Source of the DNA: a virus
Taxonomy: Duplodnaviria; Caudoviricetes
DNA: 52,581 nt
Virus record (IMG/VR): IMGVR_UViG_3300033145_001455
Coordinates: 1-52,581 of that record
Reading direction: 5' to 3' (one strand)
In this document: positions 45,386-52,581 of the stretch, in pieces
How positions within the stretch are numbered: position 1 is the first letter of the stretch
Layout: each line of letters begins with the position of its first letter
Position numbers and translations under genes: made by a program
Notes under the pieces: generated by a model
Told to the model about the DNA's origin: nothing
Seen by the model: only the letters and a program-made list of their open reading frames with translations
Database searches by the model: none

Positions 45386-46278
45386 AATATTCGACAATTA
45401 TAAAATTAGGGTTATCTTTTTTACTTACATCTATTATACTGATGGGAATAATTTTTGGATATATATGGATTAAAAGTTATATGGGTGTAGTAGAAAAGAA
45501 AACAGAATTATTGACAAAAAGTATTGTAGCTGTAAATATACAAGAGAATAATCGGTTATTAAATAACAGAATAAAAGAGCTTGAAGAAGTAATTAAAAAT
45601 AAAGATGGTAAGATAAACGATATAGGAAAATCAATAGCCGAATTGAAAGTAGTAATAAGTAAGAATAAAAAAAGTGATCATATATATAAGGAAGATACTG
45701 GGGATGCTAATGAGCAGTATTTTAAAATGATTTATAGTAAAGATACAGATGGGAATGAATATCCTTTAGCATGGGCGATATTCAAATATAAAGACAAGAA
45801 ATTCACAACAGGCATAGTACCAGAATGGGAATTAAATAGTCAAATAGTATTAACAGAAGGGAAAGAGAACGAAGCAATATTTGAAACTTGGTTTGAAAAC
45901 AATAGCAGAAAAGAAACAAAGGGCAAGAAGTATCCATTAAAATTAAATTCTGTTGAATGGATAAGAAGAGAAATAAAAAATAAAAGTTTTATGATGAACC
46001 TAAGATTATCGCTTAGTGGAATAATTACTATGGAAGATATTTATCCTGTGTTAGATTTAAGTTTATTTAGTTATGGAAAAACAAAAATAGATATGGATTG
46101 GAAATTTATTTCATTTGGAATTGGCGGAAGTAATAATTTAAAGTTTGATTTTACACCTGTTGAATGGAATGTAGGCAAAATACTTCCATTAATAAATAAT
46201 TTATTTATTGGGCCAACAATTGAAACAGATATGTATTTTGATTATACTTTTGGAATTAAAGGAGCTGTACCATTTTAA
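45382..46278 (+). CDS. Membrane-anchored coiled-coil protein, spanin-like
   Basis: N-terminal TM, coiled coil, amphipathic beta-strand C-terminus ending in Phe; directly after endolysin. Confidence 0.5.
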   Translation: MKYSTIIKLGLSFLLTSIILMGIIFGYIWIKSYMGVVEKKTELLTKSIVAVNIQENNRLLNNRIKELEEVIKNKDGKINDIGKSIAELKVVISKNKKSDHIYKEDTGDANEQYFKMIYSKDTDGNEYPLAWAIFKYKDKKFTTGIVPEWELNSQIVLTEGKENEAIFETWFENNSRKETKGKKYPLKLNSVEWIRREIKNKSFMMNLRLSLSGIITMEDIYPVLDLSLFSYGKTKIDMDWKFISFGIGGSNNLKFDFTPVEWNVGKILPLINNLFIGPTIETDMYFDYTFGIKGAVPF

Positions 46279-46282
46279 AAAT

Positions 46283-46324
46283 AATACTGATAAACCTAAA
46301 AGAAGCAATACCGATAAACCTAAA
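46283..46324. repeat. 18-bp direct repeat pair AATAC(T/C)GATAAACCTAAA, 24-bp period, upstream of ligase gene
   Basis: Copies at 46283-46300 and 46307-46324, one mismatch. Confidence 0.8.
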
Positions 46325-46341
46325 TAACGAAAGGAGTAATC

Positions 46342-48477
46342 TTGGAACTGTATTTATTAATAGCGTTTGGATTAACAATGTTGTGTATACCTTTATTTTT
46401 TGCACCACTCAAATTTATGGATGGATATTTACTTCCTCAATTTGGAATCGGAGCAATTGGGATTTCAGTAAGTTTAATTTTTTATTTAATGTTAGGGAAG
46501 TTTAATTTAAGTTTTACTGTTTTATTAGTAATGTTGTATTTTTTTTATTTAGTTTTAACTTGCTCATGGTCAACAGTACAACATAATTCCATGAGAGAAT
46601 TGCCATTAATATTTTGTTGTTTAATTGGATTTGTAATAGCAATTACTTTGTTTGAGAATAAGGAGAATATGGTAGCAATTTCTTTAATAGCTTTTGTAGT
46701 TTCAATGTTTACTTCTTTATATGGAATAGGACAGAAGTTTTTATTTGATCCGTTATTCCCAGAGAGGCTTGCATCTCAAGAGCGGTTATATAAAGGGTTA
46801 CCAAAAATACAAATACCAAAATGCTTTCAGAATAAAAAGTTTAAAGATAGCAGAGTAATAAGTACAATGGGAAACACTAATTTTGCTGCTGGTTTCTTTT
46901 TAACGACTATTCCTTTTTTGATATATTTATCATTTGAAGTTTCTATGTTTTTCTTACTTTCTATTTTGGTAGTAATTACTGTAATAATTTTAACAGAATC
47001 AAGAGCTGGCTTACTTTCGCTATTGGGATCTGCTGTATTTTTCCTCATACTTATCTCAAAAAGAGGGCTGGTATTTGACGGAATTACAGCGGTTTGGTGT
47101 TATCTTCCGATAGAACTTTGCCTTGCTGGTATTATTTTTCTTTTGATAATGGGTTCTTATTATATTTTAAATTCTAAAAAACTTAAAGCTATATATAAAA
47201 GCCTATCGGAAGATAACCCTTTGAATACGATGCTTGATTTTGAGCATGGAGATAAGTATCATCCTATTGCTCATCTAAGGTATCGTATAAGATATGTAAG
47301 TGCGGCAGTAGAATTAATACTGCGAAAACCATTACACGGATATGGATTAAGAACATACAGAAAGGAGGTTTATTCAGCACAAGGAAGGTTAAATATAAAA
47401 GACAAAGGAGAGTTTTTAGGAGAAGCATATCAAACGCCACAACCAAGAGAAGTACATAATGATTTTGTAGAGAATTTTGTTGAAGGTGGTATTATTGGTG
47501 GTGGTTTGTTTCTTGTTATTTTTGGAATGGTATTTTTTGGAGGAGTATTAAACACAGAAGTAGGAAGTACAAAAGATTTTCTTTTGATTTCTGCTTTATG
47601 TGCTGGCATTACTGGAATAGCAATAGACGCTATATTTTTCTTTCCGTTCAGAGTTGCAGCATCTGGTTTATACTTTTGGGTTGCATTGGCATTACTAGCA
47701 GGAGTTAGTACAACTATTGTTACAAGTGCTTTTGTTATACATCCAATATTTATTTTATTTGTCTTTTTTATATTGGTGGGTTTTATTTGGGAGGGAGTAA
47801 TAAAGCCGAATCTTGGAAATTACTTTTTCACCAAATATAATTTTGCAAAGTACGGGAATAAAAAAGAAGGGTATTTAATGAAAGCGTTGAAGTACTGCCC
47901 AAGGGAAACAATATTTAGGACTCATGCTATGATTGGGTATGCAAATTTATTTCCAGAAGAAGCAGAAGAACAAGCAGAGACAATGAGGCAGCATTATGAT
48001 GGAATGACTCCAGCGTGGGTTATGGCATTTAATTCTGGAAGTGCAAAAAAGAAATTAAAGCAGTATAAAGATGCGATGAAATTTTTTAGTGAATCATTAT
48101 TTTATTTACCAAGTTTTAATGAATCAAGAATGGAAGCAGTAAGTATACAACCATATTTACCACTACAAATTAGAAGGAGGTTTATTTTGAAAAAGATTGG
48201 ACAAAAAAATGAAGTAACATTAACTAATATGATGCAGAATATAGAAATGATTAAACAACAATCACAGCAGCAATTACAGAATAATGAAACTAATATGTTG
48301 AATATAGTATTAGGAGAAGCAAGAAGATTAAACATTCCTGAAGATTGGCCTTTTGATTTTGAAACAAAACAATTCTATGAGCCAAACGAAATACCAGGAG
48401 GGAAGACAATTATGGAGGCTGGCCCTGCAAGAGTAAAAATATTATGGGTGGCAAATCAACCTTTACCACAAATATAA
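46342..48477 (+). CDS. O-antigen ligase / O-oligosaccharyltransferase-like (Wzy_C) polytopic membrane protein with C-terminal TPR-like region
   Basis: About 12 TM helices; STMGNTNFAAG, LTESRAG, KPLHGYGLRTY, EVHNDFVE..VEGGIIG, FFFPFR; TTG start after AAGGAG. Confidence 0.88.
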   Translation: MELYLLIAFGLTMLCIPLFFAPLKFMDGYLLPQFGIGAIGISVSLIFYLMLGKFNLSFTVLLVMLYFFYLVLTCSWSTVQHNSMRELPLIFCCLIGFVIAITLFENKENMVAISLIAFVVSMFTSLYGIGQKFLFDPLFPERLASQERLYKGLPKIQIPKCFQNKKFKDSRVISTMGNTNFAAGFFLTTIPFLIYLSFEVSMFFLLSILVVITVIILTESRAGLLSLLGSAVFFLILISKRGLVFDGITAVWCYLPIELCLAGIIFLLIMGSYYILNSKKLKAIYKSLSEDNPLNTMLDFEHGDKYHPIAHLRYRIRYVSAAVELILRKPLHGYGLRTYRKEVYSAQGRLNIKDKGEFLGEAYQTPQPREVHNDFVENFVEGGIIGGGLFLVIFGMVFFGGVLNTEVGSTKDFLLISALCAGITGIAIDAIFFFPFRVAASGLYFWVALALLAGVSTTIVTSAFVIHPIFILFVFFILVGFIWEGVIKPNLGNYFFTKYNFAKYGNKKEGYLMKALKYCPRETIFRTHAMIGYANLFPEEAEEQAETMRQHYDGMTPAWVMAFNSGSAKKKLKQYKDAMKFFSESLFYLPSFNESRMEAVSIQPYLPLQIRRRFILKKIGQKNEVTLTNMMQNIEMIKQQSQQQLQNNETNMLNIVLGEARRLNIPEDWPFDFETKQFYEPNEIPGGKTIMEAGPARVKILWVANQPLPQI

Positions 48478-48489
48478 AAGGAGATTGTT

Positions 48490-48825
48490 TTGAGCAACAA
48501 AAAAAGAAAAGATGGGATTATAACAGAAGATACAGAACCAGAAGTAAATGAAGATTTTACTAAAAAAGAAACCAAGCAAAAAGAAGTTGAACAGGAACCA
48601 GTAGTAGAAGAAAAGAAAAAAGCAATACAAATTAGGACTGATTACTTAGGTAAGTTTGTTCCTCAGATGGCAGATATATTAGACGAGGGGAATTTTAAAC
48701 AGCAGTTAGAAAGAAAGCTTACTAGGAAAACAGATTTAATTTCTGTTGCTCATTTAGTATCAAATATTCATATACTTCAAACTTTAAGAGATATTTTAAA
48801 AGTGCTAAAAGAAGAGGGGAAGTAA
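48490..48825 (+). CDS. Hypothetical protein
   Basis: TTG start after AAGGAG; abuts next gene. Confidence 0.6.
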   Translation: MSNKKRKDGIITEDTEPEVNEDFTKKETKQKEVEQEPVVEEKKKAIQIRTDYLGKFVPQMADILDEGNFKQQLERKLTRKTDLISVAHLVSNIHILQTLRDILKVLKEEGK

Positions 48826-49203
48826 ATGGCATTTACACATGATCCAACTACATCGGCGGGCTTATGCCGCACAAATGTTGCGGATACAGATAGTACAGAT
48901 TATGTTTTTGAAGATGCAGAAATAGATGCAGTATTAGATCAAAATAGTGATGATGTTTGGAGTGCTTCAGCAGATTTATGTAGGGCATTAGCAGCTAAGT
49001 ATGCTAAAGAAGCATTTGATCTTGGTTTAGGTAAAGGAGATATTAAGCTTGATCGTAGAAAAAAAGCAGAGTACTATCTTCAATTAGCAAAAACATATGA
49101 AGGTAAAAGCTCTTCTTCTGACGTAATAGAGTATATGGATCATTACAATATTAATGTTACAGGTTTGGGCGTCGATGATTCGGAGTATATTGGAGATACT
49201 TAA
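48826..49203 (+). CDS. Head-tail connector/adaptor protein
   Basis: CRTNVADTD...FEDAEIDAVL...ASADLCRALAAK pattern; position. Confidence 0.7.
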   Translation: MAFTHDPTTSAGLCRTNVADTDSTDYVFEDAEIDAVLDQNSDDVWSASADLCRALAAKYAKEAFDLGLGKGDIKLDRRKKAEYYLQLAKTYEGKSSSSDVIEYMDHYNINVTGLGVDDSEYIGDT

Positions 49204-49643
49204 TGTCTATATTATCTGAACAAGAAATAAGTAGTATTATAGATGATATAAGTACAATAGTAGGTGACGATGTTATTAGTACTACCATTAATCTTTTACA
49301 AAGTGGAAGTACAGTCGATACATGGTCGCCTACTTCTCAAACTATACCTTCAATGTGGACAATATCGAGTGTTAGTTCATTTAAAGGAAGCTATGGTTTA
49401 AATGAACTAGAAGAAATGAATAGAACAAGGGCAGGTGTAAATGTTGAAAAATCAGGGGCGTTGGTCGAAATGGGTGATGTCAAATTTATCTTGATGGTAA
49501 ATGATACAACGGGGATATTATCTGTTGACGATATGATAACTGAATCCGGGAGTACTTTTCAGGCGGCAACTACATATACAATTAGGGTGATAGATAAAGA
49601 TCCTCTTAACATTTGCTATTTCATTGGTTGTCGGGCACTATAA
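49203..49643 (+). CDS. Head-closure/stopper-like protein
   Basis: Beta-rich, GDVKF, DDMI, YTIRVI; between adaptor and gp10-like gene. Confidence 0.55.
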   Translation: MSILSEQEISSIIDDISTIVGDDVISTTINLLQSGSTVDTWSPTSQTIPSMWTISSVSSFKGSYGLNELEEMNRTRAGVNVEKSGALVEMGDVKFILMVNDTTGILSVDDMITESGSTFQAATTYTIRVIDKDPLNICYFIGCRAL

Positions 49644-49645
49644 TT

Positions 49646-50212
49646 ATGGCAAAGCAAGCAATAACGATGAAAATGGAAACAAAAGATTTTAACAGAAGTA
49701 TTAAAAGATTTATGAGAACAACAGATCTTGCAGATGAAATAGTATTAAAGAAAATAGCTTTTGATTTATTAAGTAATATTTTAAAACCAGAACCAGATGG
49801 AACACATCCGACTGATACCGGCCAAGCAAGGGCCGGGTGGCATGCAGCAGTAAGTGGGTTAGGAAAAAGTTTTAATATGGATAGTAGATTAAAAAGCACA
49901 AGTAAAGTTTCGGAAGGAAAAAGACAAGGAAAGTATAAAGCGAAACTTACAGGAACAAAGAAGTATATTGAAATGGTGAATGCTGTTGGGCATATAGTGT
50001 TTTTGGAATACGGGTGGAGTAAACAAGCACCTCTTGGGATGGTAAGAATATCAATGAGAAAAATGAGGGGCAAATTACCGAAAGAATTAGGGAGAGAGTA
50101 TAAAAAAGCATGGAGAAAGATGAGGAGAAAAGGTATAAGATCAGTTAAGTATTCAGAAGGCAAAAAAGGAATAAAAGATTTATTAGGGACGTATACTACT
50201 TTTGAAGATTAA
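49646..50212 (+). CDS. HK97 gp10-like neck/tail-completion protein
   Basis: PTDTGQARAGW, NAVGHIVFLEYGWSKQAPLGMVR; ATG 49646 preferred over 49613. Confidence 0.8.
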   Translation: MAKQAITMKMETKDFNRSIKRFMRTTDLADEIVLKKIAFDLLSNILKPEPDGTHPTDTGQARAGWHAAVSGLGKSFNMDSRLKSTSKVSEGKRQGKYKAKLTGTKKYIEMVNAVGHIVFLEYGWSKQAPLGMVRISMRKMRGKLPKELGREYKKAWRKMRRKGIRSVKYSEGKKGIKDLLGTYTTFED

Positions 50213-50215
50213 TCT

Positions 50216-50494
50216 TTGGACAGAAAAAGAGTTGAGAATTGGAGGCTAAGAAAGGAAATAATCGTGACACAATTAGATTTAACACTAAGCGGAGCAGATA
50301 AGACTAAAATCCAAACAGGATTGGCTAAGCTTAAAGAGCATCTTGATCAGCGCAAAGAAGTCTGGAATCGAATACCTCCGGAGAAATGCAAAGCATGGAT
50401 TGTAAGTGACAAGGATGATGTAATGTCGCTTGCTTGGAACGTTTTTAAATATCTTGACAGCAACTTCTTCGCACGAAAGGAGGAGTTAGAATAA
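50216..50494 (+). CDS. Hypothetical protein
   Basis: ORF track; start uncertain; TAATG coupling downstream. Confidence 0.55.
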   Translation: MDRKRVENWRLRKEIIVTQLDLTLSGADKTKIQTGLAKLKEHLDQRKEVWNRIPPEKCKAWIVSDKDDVMSLAWNVFKYLDSNFFARKEELE

Positions 50495-50841
50495 TGGCCA
50501 ATTACTCTTTTAAAGACCCCGGAGATGAAATAAAAAATGGCGCAGTTATTGATGGTGGTAATTTTTTTCAGCTTGTTGCGGACACTGAAATTCTGGTTGG
50601 GAAGACACTGACTATTAATGGCGGGAATTGGTCAAACGTAAAGCCTCAACCGGAGTGGACAATAAATGGTGGGAACTGGGCAAAGTCTTCTTTATGTTCG
50701 AACGTACATCCTGATTTTGTGCCGAGAGGATTGGCAGAGTGCAACGTAAATTGCTCCCATGTAGTTGATGTTGACGAGGTTATTGTCAATGGGGTTATTG
50801 TAGAAACAATTTATCATTATAAGGATGCGGAGGTAATATGA
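50494..50841 (+). CDS. Hypothetical protein with (T/V)I(N/D)GGN repeats
   Basis: VIDGGNF, TINGGNW, TINGGNW; RBS AGGAGG. Confidence 0.65.
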   Translation: MANYSFKDPGDEIKNGAVIDGGNFFQLVADTEILVGKTLTINGGNWSNVKPQPEWTINGGNWAKSSLCSNVHPDFVPRGLAECNVNCSHVVDVDEVIVNGVIVETIYHYKDAEVI

Positions 50842-51851
50842 CAACACGTTATGTTGACCCTGCCGCTGTTGGAGATAACAATGGTACAGATTGGACGCAT
50901 GCATGGACGAGTCCACAAAGTGCTTTTGATACTGCTACTGCCGGGGATAAAGTCTATATGAGAGGCACGTACACATACGGAGCAGCTACGTCGATTGATG
51001 TAGACACAAACACTGGTGACTTGACAGATGGGATGATTAAATTCATCGGTTGTAATGCTGCTGGTGTTGTTGACGGCACACGTTTTGTTTTTGACGTAAA
51101 TAGCGAGGCCTGTGACGGATTAGTATCTGCCAACGATATTGATTATATCTGGCTTCAGAATATAGAAGTTAAAAACGCCGGAGTAGCTTCTGACGGTTTG
51201 TCTTCAGCAGCTTACAGTGATGGGTGGGTGTTTAATAATTGTTCGTTTCATGATAACGGGGCACATGGTGTCGGTTCGGCAGGTAATTTACGTTACGGAG
51301 TTTTTTTCCGTTGTATAGCGTATGATAATGTGGGTGCTGGATTTTATACAACCGTAATGCCATTTATGTTTTGTAAGTCTTATGGAAATACTGGACACGG
51401 CTTCTCTTATATCGCAACCCTTCTTTATGGCTGCTTTGCCTATGACAATTCAGACGGTATTTCAGAACTTGGGATGCTATCAAAAATATTAAACTGTGTG
51501 GTAGACGCAAACACATTAAAAGGAATAGAAAATGGTGTGAATACGCTCCCTCGCTTCTCATTGGTCGCTCTTACTCGTATTACAAATCAAAACGGAGGGG
51601 GAGATATTGGCCTTGATGGCAACGATGACCCGATACTTACTATTGGGTGCTATTTTCAAGACAATGATGGTGCTAACATTCAAGCAGACTTAAACCATTA
51701 CAACATATCAATCGACGGGACGGAAGCGACATCTAATTTAGAAGACCAGGGTGATGCTGATGAGGGGTATGCTGATTTGGCTGGTGGCAACTATAACTTA
51801 GCAAGCGGCGCAACATTAAGAAGGGTGGCAGTTTCATTGCCAACACCATAA
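50838..51851 (+). CDS. Right-handed parallel beta-helix protein (pectin-lyase-like; spike/appendage)
   Basis: RYVDPAAVG.NNGTDWTHAW, AGDKVYM, repeated NC..(H/Y)DN..G coils, NYNL near C-terminus. Confidence 0.75.
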   Translation: MTTRYVDPAAVGDNNGTDWTHAWTSPQSAFDTATAGDKVYMRGTYTYGAATSIDVDTNTGDLTDGMIKFIGCNAAGVVDGTRFVFDVNSEACDGLVSANDIDYIWLQNIEVKNAGVASDGLSSAAYSDGWVFNNCSFHDNGAHGVGSAGNLRYGVFFRCIAYDNVGAGFYTTVMPFMFCKSYGNTGHGFSYIATLLYGCFAYDNSDGISELGMLSKILNCVVDANTLKGIENGVNTLPRFSLVALTRITNQNGGGDIGLDGNDDPILTIGCYFQDNDGANIQADLNHYNISIDGTEATSNLEDQGDADEGYADLAGGNYNLASGATLRRVAVSLPTP

Positions 51852-52034
51852 ATGGCTAATGAATATTACATATCAGCAGGCTTAGTTCCGATTGACAATT
51901 CATCTGGGGCAACGATTAATAGCTTTTATATTAGCGCTGGATTGGTGCCTGATGATACTGCCGAAGCTCCAACAACAGAAGACAATAGAATAGTAATACG
52001 GCTTTACAATCAATATAGGAGAAAAAGAGCATGA
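51852..52034 (+). CDS. Small protein with duplicated YISAGLVP motif
   Basis: EYYISAGLVPID and SFYISAGLVPDD. Confidence 0.6.
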   Translation: MANEYYISAGLVPIDNSSGATINSFYISAGLVPDDTAEAPTTEDNRIVIRLYNQYRRKRA

Positions 52035-52581
52035 GAGAGCTTAGACAATCAACAGCAGTTACAGTAGTAATTGGGCCATTTGTGGATTATTGGTCTGGTG
52101 TTACTGCAGAAACAGGAGTAACATTAGTTGGGGTTGATAATGCAGGAATAATAAAAAATGATGCTGGCAGTACTATTTCTATTGGCGATAAAGCTTTTTC
52201 TCATTTATCTGCTGGCTATTATGGCATACAAATTACTGCCACTGATTCCAATACCACTGGCAATTTAAGAATGTTTATTCAAGATGATAGTATATTTGCT
52301 CCTATATGGGAAGATTTTATAGTGATGGATGCAAATATTTTTGATAACAAATATATAGGGACAAAGCAAGAAGTAAATGTAGTTCAAATAGGCGGAGTGA
52401 CATTATCAGATACTGGTGGAGTAACTACTTTAAACAACATCACTGTAGGAGCAATAATCAGTTCAGCTACTTTACCATCAAGCGTAACAGTTGGTGTAAA
52501 CAGTGATAAAACTGGCTATGAAATTTCAGGCACAAGTACTACTCTTGATGATCTTAACGATCTTAATGCAGGTGAGATTAG
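52031..52581 (+). CDS. Putative virion structural protein, 3'-truncated (not in ORF track)
   Basis: ATGA overlap at 52031; MRELRQSTAVTVVIGPFVD...; frame open to window end; T/G/V-rich. Confidence 0.75.
   Translation, partial: MRELRQSTAVTVVIGPFVDYWSGVTAETGVTLVGVDNAGIIKNDAGSTISIGDKAFSHLSAGYYGIQITATDSNTTGNLRMFIQDDSIFAPIWEDFIVMDANIFDNKYIGTKQEVNVVQIGGVTLSDTGGVTTLNNITVGAIISSATLPSSVTVGVNSDKTGYEISGTSTTLDDLNDLNAGEI

Larger units (their letters stand above)
1..52581 (+). mobile_element. Tailed dsDNA phage genome segment (glycan-biosynthesis, packaging, head, lysis and neck regions); free phage versus prophage cannot be determined
   Basis: TerL, portal, MuF, prohead protease, major capsid, endolysin and HK97 gp10-like genes in co-oriented order; many tiny overlapping ORFs; no host housekeeping genes, integrase or att site seen. 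Confidence 0.93.

Noticed and set aside
381-51561. All minus-strand ORFs in the track (for example 24348..24875, 35290..35724, 49621..50163)
   Set aside because: They lie antisense to well-supported + strand genes, are L/F/I/S-rich as expected from the A-rich coding strand, and show no motifs or RBS
1-52581. Stop-codon reassignment (alternative genetic code)
   Set aside because: Conserved genes are full length under the standard code, and TAA, TAG and TGA all end genes at sensible boundaries
1-52581. CRISPR array, tRNA or rRNA genes
   Set aside because: Repeats found occur only as pairs or coding tandem repeats; no repeat-spacer series or cloverleaf noticed by eye (a tRNAscan/Infernal run would be needed to exclude fully)

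Overview
An AT-rich, gene-dense segment of a tailed bacteriophage genome (or prophage) with essentially every real gene on the + strand and bacterial Shine-Dalgarno sites (AGGAG/GGAGG). Positions 1-21.7 kb hold a dispersed glycan-biosynthesis toolkit: two AsnB-type amidotransferases, a WbuX/PseA-type N-acetyl sugar amidotransferase, a NodU-type carbamoyltransferase, a NeuB-type synthase, a NeuA-type CMP-transferase, DegT and class-III aminotransferases, two dehydrogenases, a GT2, a methyltransferase and a HAD phosphatase. These are interleaved with small phage ORFs, two NUMOD3/HNH endonucleases and a probable terminase small subunit. From about 24 kb comes the morphogenesis region: metallophosphoesterase, terminase large subunit, sigma-like factor, portal, a 1153-aa MuF protein with several C-terminal effector-like domains followed by small immunity-like genes, prohead protease, three capsid-cement paralogs, a Mu gpT-like major capsid, a lysis cassette interrupted by a TIR-domain gene, an O-antigen ligase/O-oligosaccharyltransferase-like membrane protein, neck genes and a beta-helix appendage gene. 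The most promising system is phage-encoded glycosylation with a nonulosonic-acid-like sugar plus its own Wzy_C ligase. The second is a multi-effector MuF protein whose candidate immunity genes appear in mirror order. All family calls come from motif recognition by eye; no database searches were run.
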